DNA of 64,000 nucleotides from Carcharhinus amblyrhynchos (Eukaryota). How positions within the stretch are numbered: the first letter of the stretch is position 1; the number at the start of each line of letters is the position of its first letter. Below the pieces are notes generated by a model. That model was not told the origin of the DNA and did not search any database. It saw only the letters and a program-made list of their open reading frames with translations. This document shows, one piece after another, positions 1-12,919 of this stretch. The DNA lies in NCBI GenBank assembly GCA_965287045.1, contig OZ336903.1:868001-932000 (forward strand). The letters are read 5' to 3'. A program made the translations under genes and the position numbers.

Positions 1-323
1 GGCGGGAGAAATTTAGTGACAGGCGATTCCAGGTTGATCAGAGGCACAGGCGAGTGTTAAATAAGTAACTGGGCTCAGTGAGAGCTATCATGGGGATGGG
101 ATTGGAGACGAAGAGAACATTACTCAAAAGGCAGAGCATGTTCAAACGGAGCCGAGAGGTTGTCAGCAGTGCGGATCAGCCGCATGGTTTAGTCAGATAG
201 AGAGCTCGAATGGATAGATCTGGGTTTTGTGGTGGGTACAGAAGCCGATTGTAACATTTTTAAATGTAAAGAACAACAATGCAATGCAAAATGATTTGTG
301 TAATTAGCAGTGCGTGGATAGAC

Positions 324-668
324 AGATAAGGGCTTCTGACAATCGCCTGGATGAGGTGGTAACCAGCTTGAATAACTTGAGGTATATACTCGATCTTCCA
401 TAGTAATGATAACCAGTTATCATTTGTAGAAAGCTGGGAGAGCGCCCAGGACAAGCTCCTGTCTGTTGAGGTCGCATTTCCGTCTATTGTCCTCAGGTTC
501 TGATCCATCGCTGCAAAATGTCCATCTGTTTTTGTTTAGATTCTGACCTATTGCTCCATCAATCCTATACCCTTTTCTCGGATTCTGATCGTACTTCTCG
601 CTATTCCTGGTGTCTCCAATTCTTTTCAGTGTCGGTGATGATGCTATCCGCGGAGACAGTGCATTCAC
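324..668 (-). pseudogene. Orphan/degenerate first exon of a GPR139/142-like GPCR (GPCR-1); exon 2, if present, would lie left of the window
   Basis: ORF from ATG 508 (MDQNLRTIDGNATSTDRSLSWALSQLSTNDNWLSLLWKIEYIPQVIQAGYHLIQAIVRSP) is paralogous to exon 1 at 48630-48810 and 56987-57251 (VIQAGYYPxLAIIGVP). The N|GTAAG donor seen after the Pro codon in paralogs is replaced by TATCTG. Upstream heptad repeats are frameshifted at about 530. Confidence 0.7.
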
Positions 669-1519
669 TCAGTGAAAGAAGTCCGCCAATAATCAAACGG
701 GGGAAACATCAAGTGACACAGTTACTATCCATTCAGACTAAAGTTACTTCCACACATGAAACAAACATATCCAGCTAACTGCTTTGGACTCAAAATATTT
801 GATTGTCAAAACAAGGTGGAACATTTTACGTGTTCTGAAAAGTGAACTTTGTTTCTCTTGCACGGATTTGAGCGTGCTTTCTGTTTCATTTCAGATTTCC
901 AGCTTCCACAGCAGTTTGCTTCGATGAAAGCATTTATCTCGCCTGCATCAGAATTGTTTTGGTTTCTTGGGGAAGAATTCCTGGAAACTGTGGAGTGACT
1001 GGCCATAGCTTTTAAATGTGTCAGAGATATTCGAGTGCTGCCATCGGACTGGAGTGTTCTCAGTATCAGACCTGTCTTTAAAGTGACGGGGAGACAGATG
1101 AATCCTGATGCTGCCATGATGTTGGCAAAATGACTATGAAAATTGATGTGTATTTAAATTGTACACTGTGGGCAGAAGAGTTGGCATCTTCTAAAGATTT
1201 GAAATTTGCAAGATCCAAGAGACATGGTTGTGCTACTGAGAGACCATGTCTTGCACACACGATGTAGTACTACGATGTGTGTCCATGAGAGTTCCGTCTG
1301 AATTTTCGGTAGGATGGAGGACCCGGCACCTCTAACTTTGTCATTCAAGTTTTATTGTCTAGATTTGCTTTGTTTATTACTCACATTATTTGCAGTTCTC
1401 GCTGGCTGAGTTTTCCCACTGTCTTTCCTGATCTCTCCCTCTTTTCTCAGCCATAGTTGTCTTTTCTTTGATCGTGATTTTACGTGAAGGTATCCTTGCT
1501 CACAAGCGATTGTCTTAGG

Positions 1520-2335
1520 CAAATCTAATGTCAAAGTGAACCTTTCATTTTACATTCATTGAGAACCAGATTGGTGAAAAGACAATGGGGGACCAGAAAG
1601 TAGCCGAGCAGCTAAATAAATAATGTGTCAACCCTCAAAGTCAACATCCTAAAATGCAAACAAAAATGTGTGGGGAACTCGTGGAAGGTAATGAATACAA
1701 TAATTATCAACAAAAAAAAGTGCCAAGGAAAGTAATGGATCTAAATAATGGATAAGACAGCTGGAATTAACGTGTTGCACCATAGAATAGTGAAACAAGG
1801 AGCAACAGAGATAGGGGAAACGCTTGTCATTCTTTTTCCAATAATCCTTTACTTCTAGGAACATTTCAAAGGAATTTTAAACTGTCCTTCTTCAACAACA
1901 GAGGAGGAAAGAAACAGCGAATGGTGTTGAGACTGACATCAGTATATGAAAAAAGTGTTATTTTCCATCATGAAGGATCAAATAGCAAAGCATGTAGAAA
2001 TGTATAATGTGTCCAAGTAGTCAGTTAGGATTCGTGAAGAGGCAGACAATATTACTCGAATTCTTTGAGGCGGTACTCAGTTGCATAAATGAAGGGGAAC
2101 CAGACCGTCAATTTCCAAAAAACGCAACAAACGGTACTGAATGAAAAGCTACTTAATACTACATAAAAAACTAAGATGTTGGGTTAGTATATTAGTTTGC
2201 AAAAAACATTGACTGACTGACAAAATACAGTGATTTTGGAAAATAGAATCATTTTCAGGATGCAAAACTCTAACAACTGGCGTACCACAGTGATACGTGC
2301 AGGGTCACAATCTTTGACATCATACATTGATCACT
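1520..2335 (+). mobile_element. Decayed CR1-type LINE RT fragment
   Basis: Degenerate remnants of the QxGF..LLEFFE RT region, with many stops. Confidence 0.6.
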
Positions 2336-2467
2336 ATTATTCCAACAGGACATCCCAGCAGGCCCGATCCCTGTAACCCTAAGCATTTACCACGCTATTC
2401 CCGTCATCTGCACTCCTTGGAGCAGACATCAAGACACAAGTGAGAATGGCCTACCAACCTGACTGGC

Positions 2468-3180
2468 ACATAGAATATAGAACATAGAACAACTACAGCA
2501 CAAACAGGCCCTTCGGCCCACCAGTTGCACCGATCATATCCATACCTACCAGGCCTATCTGTAACTCTCAATCCCATTAAATGTCATGTCCTCATCTAGA
2601 AGTCTGTTAAAAGACCCCAGCGAATTCGCCTCTACCACCACTAACGGCAGCGGATTCCACCAACTCACCTCCCTCTGAGTGAAAAACTTACCCGTGACAT
2701 CTCCTCTGTATTTGCTTCCCAGCACCTTAAACCTGTGTCCGCTCGTAGCGACCATTTCAGCCCTGGGAAATGGCCTCCGAGAATCCATCCTATTTATACC
2801 TCTCAACATTTTATAAACCTCTATCAGGTCGCCTCTCAACCTTCATCTCTCCAGGGAGAAGAGACCTTGTTCCCTCAACCTGTCTTCATAAGGCATGCCT
2901 CCCAATCCAGGCAACATCCTTGTAAATCTACCCTGCACCCTCTCAATAGCTTCCACATCCTTCCTGTAGTGAGGTGACCAGAACTGCGCACAGTACTCCA
3001 AGTGGGGTCTGACCAGGGTCTTATAAAGTTGCAGCGTTACCTCCCGACTCCTAAATTCAATCCCTCGATTAATGAAGGCCAGTACACCATACGCCTTCTT
3101 GACCACACCCTCCACCTGCGAGGCCGATTTAGACGTCCTATGGACCTCGACCCCAAGGTCCTTCTGCTCCTCAACACTTC
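2468..3180 (-). mobile_element. CR1/HER1-type LINE 3' end with microsatellite tail
   Basis: ORFs LYKTLVRPHLEYCAQFWSP and RGDLIEVYKM..FFTQR; (CATAGAA)n tail at about 2468-2490. Confidence 0.9.
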
Positions 3181-4253
3181 TCCGAGTATCTTAGGAATGT
3201 GGGGAAAAGCTGGAAGGAACCGTCAGGGACACAGGGAGAATGTGTAAAATCCACACAGACAATAACTTAACCCACAGTGGAACCCGGGTTCCTGGAGCAC
3301 TATGGCAGACAATAGGAAGTGTGTGATCAGTCCCTGTATGAGACATGACTTTATTGTTCCACACTAAATTCATTTGACAATTAAACATATCTTTCATTTT
3401 TTTCTTTTCGCCAAAGTTCTGGGGATGCATGCTCCCTTTTTGGCATTCATGCACGAGAACAGCCAGATACCATTTAAATATAACATTCTGCAGCTATTCT
3501 TTGTCTATGTCACACTCCATTTTCGATTCCACACGTCCAAGTAAACAACTTCACCCTTTCCTACATCATGACCCTGCTGTAGGATGTTTCCCACTGACAC
3601 ATGCCTCTCTCTCCACATTTCCTCATGTCTCCTCTTGATATATTTCTTCCAGATCTTTATACCACCGGCGAATCCATCCCTACTGCCTTCATTGACAGAT
3701 TCTCTCTGGATAAACGTGTACAGTGAGAATGTGAATGTCACAAAATGGAGAAAAAAAAAGCCCAGTGTGTTAGTAGATGAATGAACAGTAAGATGGTTAA
3801 ACACAGGACTCTCTGCAACTTGGAATGTTCCAGCTGTTCAGCAGAAGATGCAGCATAAGATGTGGGTCAGGCTGAGCTGTGTGTGCTGAGTTGGGTGTGG
3901 TGGCAGACACAATGCACCTAACACCGGTACAACTGCAGATGTGACAGATGTTGCACAGTGGAAAATGAACAAATTTGAGCGAATGCAGCTTCAGGTTAAC
4001 ACACATGAGAAATGACGTGAACTGAATTTCCAACTTAAAAACAAGCGGAAAATAGTTCAGAACAACAGGGACTTAACACAGGTGGCGTCATCTGTTTGTT
4101 CAAAGCATTAAAAAAAGACTGAATAATGTTGTAACTTCAATACCCGGTGGACATGCCACAGAGTATAAGTTAGAGACTTTCTTCAAACAAGTGAAAGTTT
4201 CTCAAAGACAGATTTCCTTTAGTACAGAGAGGCAGAGCAATTCACGTCAAAAA

Positions 4254-4320
4254 ATGCATCTTCCAAGACAAGTGGCTCAGAAAATATTCTATACGATCAT
4301 TGCTGTCATTGGTGTCCCTG
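4254..4320 (+). CDS. GPR139/142-like GPCR-2, exon 1 (MHLPRQVAQKIFYTIIAVIGVP)
   Basis: ATG at 4254, 67 nt (phase 1), donor G|GTAAGT at 4321. Encodes the first half of TM1, matching paralogous exon ends. Confidence 0.85.
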
Positions 4321-6454
4321 GTAAGTCATAAAACAATTGGTATTGTGAGAATCGATGCGTGAACCTGAGCTGATTTTAATCTGTGTAATGTGCCACATGC
4401 TGTTTAAAGTGTTACACGCAGATCTAGTGTTGACCATTGTACAGATATTTGTGATCTTCCCACAATCACAATCCCGAATTCTGGTAGCCACACGGAAAAT
4501 CAATCCATGGCCACAATATCGATCAAGTAAAAAGGGATCATATTTTCAGCCTCGCAGTGGTTACTGTTGAATGAGGCAGCAGACCAGGGGAGGTAATGGT
4601 TTCTGAGGGAAGGACATAACACTGATATCTGGGGTTGCAAATTAGATTGTCACTAACTGGAGCGGAACACCTTAGCACGGTGACCATGGACAATTTTGGC
4701 TGTCCGTCACTAAGAAATTATGCTGACTGTGGCTGTTGGAGAATTGATCTTGGAACAGGAAGAGGGCATTCACGGTTTCCCAGTGCTTAATATGGTCACA
4801 AATAATCTGAATTTGTCGCAATTCGAAATTACTCCGCTCCCACACGAACCCTTTAACTGTTTATACCCCAAAATACATCGATTCAACTCAGAATTGAATA
4901 TGATGAATGTCAGACTTGCAATGGCTTTATTAGACAGAGTGTACAGACAGGTGGCTTTCTATGATGGGAGAAACATATTTTCTTCATCCCAGAATACAAA
5001 AATAAACCACATTTCTTTTCAATTCTGGCCTCCGTCTGTAGTCTCCCTTCGAAGAGTTACCTCTTTGTATCCAACCTTTCAAATTCCTTCAAGGTCTTAA
5101 CATTATTGAGGTAAATAGTGTTGATGCTGAAAAAAAAAACAAACTTTGCATCAACAAGTGGAATACCTCAACCAGTCTGGCAGCTGGGAGAACGGAAATA
5201 CGGAGTCAAGATTGCAGTTTTCCATTAACTGTGGAAATTGAGGATTGACAGCGGGAGCAAGGGCTGCAGGAGAAGCTATCAGAGAGATGATAGTTGCAGA
5301 GCCTGTTTCCGGGCAATTGGACTACCTGGAAATAGTGGTGAGAGGAATCCAGAACTCTGTGTAAATGAATCAATTACTCTCATCGAAGGCATTTTCGGAG
5401 TAAAGTGGTTGATGATGGAATTTGCGAAGAGATGAAGCCCGAGCAGGTGGTTAGACAATTGTGTTATTGTCTTTCAGTGTTCTTAGTATTACTGAAATTA
5501 ACTACTACAGAAAAGTCAATCATTCATATTTCTAATGATATCGTAGGAAAAAAAAACTATTTAATTGAAATGGGTTTCAATATTACAGAAGTTTTTTTTT
5601 CTCATATTTTTAGAAGTATTAACATTCTGAAACGTTATGGATATCACATTTATTCATGGTCAACCATTTGTTGTATTAGTTGTTTATTTAAAAATAGATA
5701 ACTGAAATTACATATTTTTTAAATAATTGCATTTATTATTAGCGGAGTTAAAGTGATAAACCTAAAGGATAGTAGCCAGCAGAAGCAGCAGCTCTGGAAT
5801 TGGCCACTATAATCTCAGAGATAATTTGCCACATTCAATGTACTTTCCCAGCAAAGGGAGAGGCCGAGGGAACAATTACAAAGAAAAGAACAACCCAGCA
5901 ATGGAAACAGGCCCTTCGGCCCAACGAGCCCTCGCTGCCATCTTAACAAAGCATTTTCCTGCATCTACCTTGACCCGTGTGTATGCGTATGGTTACAGAA
6001 TGCACTGGGTACCGGAGAAGACATGGATGAAGGACAAGAAGAGAAGGAACGAGGAGCAGGGAAAAAAAATGACGGCTGCATACAATAAGAGAGCATCACA
6101 GTCTTTTTTTTTGTGTGAAGGAGGTGATTTACCATCAATCAGTGGTTAACATTCCCTTTAAGAACGACAGAATGTGAATCCCAAGTCAACAAAACTTATC
6201 TATCAGACCGCTTACGGGTCTTTTGCATTCTCAGTTTGAAATAGTTTCTGCGAATCTTTCTCTCTCTCTCACGCTGCGCCCCTCACTTTCGGTTTAGGAA
6301 GGCCTTTAAGTTTCAGTTTATGATCACCTTTTCAAGGACAATTGGAATTTCACAACAAGGTTTGGCCTTATCAAAAGGTGCCAAAGACATGAAATAAGAT
6401 GCTAATAATAGTTAATGTATTATTTCCATTCTGTGTTCCCTTCTTTCTCTATAG

Positions 6455-7341
6455 TTAATTTAATGGCGATTCTGGTGCTGTTCCGGGGCAAGTGTGGCCT
6501 TTCCAGCTGCAGCACTCGCTACCTGGTGGCCATGGCAGCGGGCGATCTGATGGTCATTATTGTTGATGTAATATTGAGGCGATTCCGTTTCTTTTATTAT
6601 CCACGGTGTTTCCTGGACTTGACCCCTGTGTGCAGTGTTCTCTTAACGTTTCGCTCAGCAGCCATAGACTGTTCTGTCTGGTTCACCGTCATGTTCACAT
6701 TTGACCGATTTGTCGCCATTGGATCCAGGAAGCTGAAATCAAAATTATGTACCAAAAAAACTGCGACTGTCGTTCTTGCAACAACAACCATTCTTTTATG
6801 TGTTAAAAACGTGCCTCGTTACTTTAGATATGAACCTACCAAAGTAATCAACAATGTATCATGGTACTGTCGAAATAAGAGAATCTACTTCACTGACCCG
6901 AGATGGCAGGGATTCGCTCAGTTTGCAATAGTGTCAAACCCATTGATCCCATTGGCTGCAATTCTGATGTTTAACACACTGATTTTCCGCCGCATATTTA
7001 TGGCCAGCCGAGCCCGCAAGTCATTGAAGGGTCAGAACAAGGGAGACAAACACCGTGACCCAGAGATGGAGAGTAGAAAGAAATCTGTTACTTTACTCTT
7101 TGCCATCTCCTGCAACTTCATAATTCTTTGGTTATTGTATGTTTTATATATCATGGATGTGCCAGCACTATTTTTCCGTGGTAACGATTATGATATATTT
7201 GAGACAGTTGCCTACATGCTGCGGGATTTGAGCTGCTGCACAAACACCTTCATTTATGTAGCGACTCAATCCAAGTTCAGAGCTGAGCTAAATAGAATGC
7301 TTAAATGTCCACTTATATGGATTGCTCAGTACATTGATTGA
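6455..7341 (+). CDS. GPR139/142-like GPCR-2, exon 2 (spliced protein ~317 aa)
   Basis: Polypyrimidine tract plus AG at 6453-6454. 7TM class A features: RGKCGLS loop, MAAGDL (TM2), DCSVWFTV..TFDRF (TM3), DPEMESR (ICL3), SCCTNTFIY (TM7). Stop TGA at 7341; AATAAA at 7785-7790. Confidence 0.9.
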
Positions 7342-7524
7342 AACAACAGATAATTAACCCTATTATCTAGTGTACAAAAGAGAGGGAAAGGGTGTTCCTG
7401 TGAAAGCAAAATGATGAAATTCCAGACAGCCAGGAGAAGGTGTAACGGCAGCAGGAGGAGAAACAAAGTTTCTGTGGGGATGAACTGCCTGAGAAACATG
7501 TGAACGGCGCAGGGAAGCTGAGAG

Positions 7525-7678
7525 NNNNNNNNNNNNNNNNNNNNNNNNNNNNNNNNNNNNNNNNNNNNNNNNNNNNNNNNNNNNNNNNNNNNNNNNNNNN
7601 NNNNNNNNNNNNNNNNNNNNNNNNNNNNNNNNNNNNNNNNNNNNNNNNNNNNNNNNNNNNNNNNNNNNNNNNNNNNNN
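7525..7678. other. Assembly gap
   Basis: N run. Confidence 1.
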
Positions 7679-7954
7679 GAATGAGTGGCCAACTCCATGG
7701 GAAATGCAGCGCATATCAAATCAGAAGTATAATGTGTCATTGGCAGAATACACTATTTTTGGGCCAGATCCAGTATATATTTTAAATAAAATGCACTGTG
7801 TTTAAGCGTTGCATTATGATGCGATTGTTAAAAAATCTATATCTTCTGGAGCAATAAGCTGAGCATAAAATGTTAAGTTCACCTCCAAAATTAGACAGAA
7901 TCTCTGACCGGCTAATTCAGGAAATAAACGTCTTTCGAAAAATTCATTAACTGA

Positions 7955-8703
7955 GACCGTCAATTTATAAGTACGTAAATACAAGAAGTGTTGGTAAAAC
8001 TGAACAATTTAAACGCAATTTTCCAAGGGGAGATTAAGAATGGAATGTTTAAATGTAGACCCACCTCACTCACGCTGTTTTCAGCCTGCGAACGTGCTGT
8101 ATTCTTCTATGTGAGGTCCACAACTTATTTTCAATAAGGTCGTTGAAATGTGAGTTGCAGATTCGTTGGTCTGTTGGCGACCTCTAGCTGTAGGGGAGAA
8201 AACATTAACTGTGTGGTATCAGGAACTATCTCCTCCTAGATCATGCCTACCAATGACTAACAGCAAGCAATCCATCCAGAAACCCTATTCTTCCTGATAT
8301 TATTCGGATCTAAACAAGCAAACGCCAAAAAACTCGCCTTCCACCAAACATGCACAACCCTCTACTAATCTATCCCAATTTGCACAGCACTCAGAAAGCT
8401 TGGCATCATCCATGAAAAATTGGCCAACTTGACTATGTGCCGTCGATCAAATAGATTCTCCACTCATCTCGTCCTATTGCCTGCAGTGTGCAGCGTTTAA
8501 AAGATGCACTGCAGCAAATCAACATGGCCACTTCCACAACACAGTCCAAACCGAGAAATCTACCAGATCGATGGACAAATTTGTAGAGATATCGGGAGAT
8601 CATCACAAATCATTATCTCTCCCAGCCACTCACCATCCTGACATGGGGAAAAAAGTGCCGTTCTTACACTACTGCTCGGGTAAAATGATGGAACAGCCCT
8701 CCC
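7955..8703 (+). repeat. Left arm of ~750-bp inverted duplication
   Basis: Reverse-complement match along its length to 10445-11205, e.g. aaacgcaattttccaaggggagattaagaa vs ttcttaatctccccttggaaaattgcgttt. Confidence 0.9.
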
Positions 8704-8977
8704 GAACAGGACCTGCACCATATGGACTGCAGCAGTTCAAGGAACCAGTTCATAACAGATTCTCTATGGCAGTTAGTGATAGACAGTGTATGGCAGCTGA
8801 TGCAAGAACGCCGTCAATTGAACCTGGGTCCCTGGAGCGGTGAGGCAGCAGTGCTAACTACTGTGCCACCCTTAATAACAATACAAATGTTATTGTTCTT
8901 ATTAATAATATTATCCATCATTATTATTGTCCACGTCATTACCATCATCAAGATGATTGAACAATATTAATTTTCTC

Positions 8978-9268
8978 AGGGCGGTACAGTGGCACTGCGG
9001 CCTCCCAGCACCAGGGATCCAGAGTTAATTGCGGTCCAGGGTGACCGTGTAGGGTTTACACATCGTCCCGTTTTTGCGTGAGGTCCCTGTCACTTTGCAG
9101 TTTTCATCCAACAGTGCGGGTTAGGTTGAATGGTCTTGCTAAATTGTCCCTTGGTGTCGGACAGATTGGCGGGTTAAATATGTGTCACAGGGATGGGGCG
9201 CAGGTAGGATTGTTGTCGGGCAAGCTCGATGGGCCGAATCGTCTCTTTCTACACTGTCGTGATTCTAT
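8978..9268 (+). mobile_element. tRNA-derived SINE (HE1-like)
   Basis: gggcggtacagtggc head, central body and LINE-derived tail ending gattctatg. Confidence 0.75.
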
Positions 9269-9329
9269 GATTATTGTTTCAATTATACTGCTGCTAATAT
9301 TACTATTAATCATAAAATCATGGGTGATC

Positions 9330-10290
9330 TGGACCCATTACTCCTGTTCTGATAAATGTCCTGTTCCAATAAGGAAGAATTGTATTCCTTTCTGATCAGT
9401 CAATAGACTGTGGTCCACACAACAACCATCACAAGCTCCGTTATCTGAAGTCACATCCAGACCCATTATCGTCACCGTTAGCACCATGTCAGTGACCCAT
9501 TTCACCCCTTTCCATAACACCTTTACCTCAAATAATAATTCCCACTTGTTCAAGCTTCATGTCAACAGCAAATACATCTTTGTGTCCCAGAAGCTTTCAG
9601 CATTTGCAAACATTTCGCTTCTCCCAGTTCTCAGTGTTTAATTCTGTGTACATTAACACCACTGTCTTTCATGTAAATCTTTCCATGCAAGATTCCTGGA
9701 GTTAAGTTGCTCTCTTGCCTGTGCTGTCTTTTAATTTTCCAGGCACCAACATATCTTGCTGTTTAAAACAATCATTTTCTCTTTTCTTTCACTGTTCCAA
9801 CTCCGTGCTGACTGATCACAGCGAATATTGGGGAGAATGGTTTTGCACTGCACAAGGAAAATCTTCATCAACCGGGACAGTTTCTAAAATCGGCAGACAG
9901 AGGTGAAATTCACTCTGACATTTGGACAGTTGCTGCTGGAGGGAAGGATGGATGTGTTAGAGCCACTGCAGTGTAGGCTGCTAATAAATTCATAGTGTTG
10001 TTAGAAAGCGATTGGATTGATTTGGGTCCATCAACATTGACAGAATGGTGATATGGATGAGTTTCAATGTTCTGGTTTTGACAGATCAGCAGAGGCTCAG
10101 AATGAATCAAACATTCTTGAAGCTCTGTTACTGGAAATGGTGAAAAATGTGAGCCACTCTGGAAGATAAGTGAAATGTGAATAAATATTATTTCATTTGG
10201 AAATGTATATGTCGCCCAGCAACGCCTTTGAACTGGATTTTGATTCCATCTGACGGTGTTCTTGTATTGGCTGGCATACACTGTCTTTCG
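9330..10290 (-). mobile_element. Possible highly decayed Gypsy-type integrase remnant
   Basis: Minus-strand peptides PFPVTELQECL..THPYHHSVN..KSIQSL (like PYHPxSNGxAERxVQ) and KWVTDMV...CVDH (like the integrase C-terminus) occur in the expected order; heavily mutated. Confidence 0.35.
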
Positions 10291-10444
10291 CTAACTGCCA
10301 TTGAGAATCTGTTATGAAATGTTTTCTTAAACTGCTGCAGTCTATATGGTGCAGGTCATGCTGGGGCCGGGGGGAGGGGTGTGGGGGTGGGGCGGGGGGC
10401 GGGGAACTGCGGGGGCGGAGGGGGGGGGGGGCGGCGGTGGTGGA

Positions 10445-11205
10445 ACTGCGGGGGGCTGTTCCATCATTGTCCCCGAGCAGCAGTGTAAGAAAGGCAATAT
10501 TTTTCCATGTCAGGATGGTGAGTGGCTACGAGAGATATTGATTTGTGATGATGTCCCGATATCTCTACAAATTTGCCCATCCAGCTGGTAGATTTCGCGT
10601 CTTCGACTGTGTTGTGGAAGTGACCATGTTGCTTTGCTGCAGTGCATCTTTTAAACGCTGCACACTACAGGCAATGGGACGGGATGAGTGGAGAATATAT
10701 TTGATCGACGGCTCGTCACTCAAGCTGGCCAATTTTTCATAGATGATGCCAAGCTCTCTGATTGCTGTGCACATTGGTTTGGATTCGGTCGAGGGTTCTG
10801 CCTGTTTGGTGGACGGCAAGTTTTATTTTTGGCGTTTGCTTGGCTTGTTTAGATCCGAATAATATCAGGAAGAATAGGGTTTCTGGATGGATTGCTTGCT
10901 GTTAGTTACTGGCAGTAATGATCCAGGAGGAGATAGTTCCTGATACCACGCAGTTAATGTTTTGTTCCCAACAGCTAGAGGCCGTCACTACACAAACGAA
11001 CCTGCAACTCACTTTTCAACTATTTTAATAAAAATAAGTTGTTGACCACACATAGAGGAATAAAACACATTCACCGGCAGAAAACAGCGCGAGTGAGGTG
11101 GGTCGACATTTAAACATTCCTTTCTTAATCTCCCCTTGGAAAATTGCGTTTAAATTGTTCAATTTTACCAACACTTCTTGTATTTATGTACTGATAAAAT
11201 GACGG
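10445..11205 (-). repeat. Right arm of ~750-bp inverted duplication
   Basis: Same match as the left arm; the inner boundary abuts a G-tract at 10360-10455. Confidence 0.9.
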
Positions 11206-11533
11206 ACACAGCGAATGAATATTTCTGTTTTAATGACCGTAACAACCGAAGGGTCTTCAGAATTGTCGGGCGATAGTGGAGGTGCCTACCTGGAGGAAAT
11301 GGAAACGAATGGATTACTGGATATAAAGTTTGATGAATTAAAATGAAGAAGAAATTTGGAAATCTGACTACCATCTTCACATATCCCGGCGCCCTCAATG
11401 GTCCCGAGTGCGAGCGGTAGCGCTGGCATACAACATCCTGTTGTATTTAGTTGCTGGGGAAATGTTGTGGACCCTCCCCCTCACTTCAGTGACAATCCAG
11501 ATTACAGTAAATGAAGATGACGGAAACAAAACA

Positions 11534-11559
11534 TTTATTTATCATTTCTAACCTTTATT
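11534..11559 (-). terminator. Two polyadenylation signals (AATAAA) of the SRCR gene
   Basis: TTTATT on + at 11534-11539 and 11554-11559, about 350 nt past the stop. Confidence 0.5.
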
Positions 11560-11902
11560 TAATGGCATAAGAAAGAAAGTTTTTACAAAATAATTTTCAA
11601 ATGCACTTGACAAATATTGCATCAAATCATGAGTGACTCTGTTCCACAATGCAATGCGATGTAACAGCTTTAATATGGACAGTGCAATGCTCGAAATACA
11701 TTCTAAGTTGTTTTCCATTGTTCATTGAATGGAAAGTATCTATTTTCACGCAAAGCGAAGAGAGAAATCATAATTCAGCAAGCACAACATGAAGTAATGT
11801 CCAATTAATTTTAAACAACAGCAACATTTATATCTGGAGTTACAGTATATTCAACATGGCGATATTTGTGGAAAAGTGAAGGGGCGTCACCTTTAATTTA
11901 AG

Positions 11903-11949
11903 TCATATGTCTGAGGACGTCACATCCTGTATTTGTTGATGTCGATGAT
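11903..11949 (-). CDS. SRCR receptor exon 15, terminal (DHRHQQIQDVTSSDI*)
   Basis: Strong acceptor ttttattttaccgtttcAG, TGA at 11905-11903, AATAAA hexamers downstream. Confidence 0.65.
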
Positions 11950-12919
11950 CTGAAACGGTAAAATAAAAATATATAAGAATTCCAACGATTTCCACAATCA
12001 GGTCAACACTTTAAAAGTACTTGTGTTATATTCCAGTTCAACTGTCAGTTTCTTTCTATCAAATCCACACTGCACATTCTCTCTGATACTTTCAATGTAA
12101 TGTACCACTGAAAATACTGCAGGAAATCACAAAGCAGAAACCATGTGGGACAGGTCGCATCCCTATACTGCGGCCCTCCCATTGGAAAATGTCATAAAGT
12201 ACGGTTTAACATTATAATGTATACTTCGGAGATGAATGGTCGCTGCCCAATGGTGGTTAAGAGCCCGTGCGTATGCCATAGACAGCATTATTTTTCACAG
12301 CTGTCATAAAAGGAACGCATAAGACGGGATTAATGCGGATCTCGTGAGTACTGTGGGGGTAAAGAAACTTTTCCTGAAACTTGGGCTGAAAATATCTGTT
12401 TTGTTTCACACAATTCGCGGCAGGAACTCAAACCAAATGCCAAATTATTATTTGATTGGCTGGAATTCACTTCAAACCAGAGCGATTATATTCCACACAA
12501 GAGGGCGGGAGGCTGCAGTAATATTCGGAAGTGATAATCAACTCAGAATGTTCTCTGAGCATTGGGATTCCATGAAGGACATCAGAATGTGACCGGGATT
12601 TCCTGGTAATATCCATGAAATTCCAACTTTCAACCTGAAGTCAAGTGTGTTCCTTAAATTAGTGATCAACTAAACATTGAACTTTTGATGGGGTGAATTT
12701 TAATGGTAGGTTGAAAACAAGTTTTCACAGCCCCTCAGCTGGAACTAGTTCATTAGAAAGCAGGATTAATGTAGCTTCAGAAGCTATGGGTCAAAAACAG
12801 AAAGCTCCTTCACTGTGACCTTGTCTGTAGCTTCCTGAAACATGGAGTCACAAGGACTGAGCTTGATGGAATGATGTCATTTAACTTAAAGGTTAATTTC
12901 AATCCAAATGTCTAATGTA

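Noticed and set aside
2286-2313. CACAGTG heptamer plus 12-nt spacer resembling a V(D)J RSS
   Set aside because: The nonamer is poor (tcacaatct), it lies inside a CR1 fragment, and there are no Ig/TCR segments in the window.
10565-10819. 84-aa ORF in the inverted arm as a novel gene
   Set aside because: It resembles a decayed LINE 3' region, and the partner arm is frameshifted relative to it.
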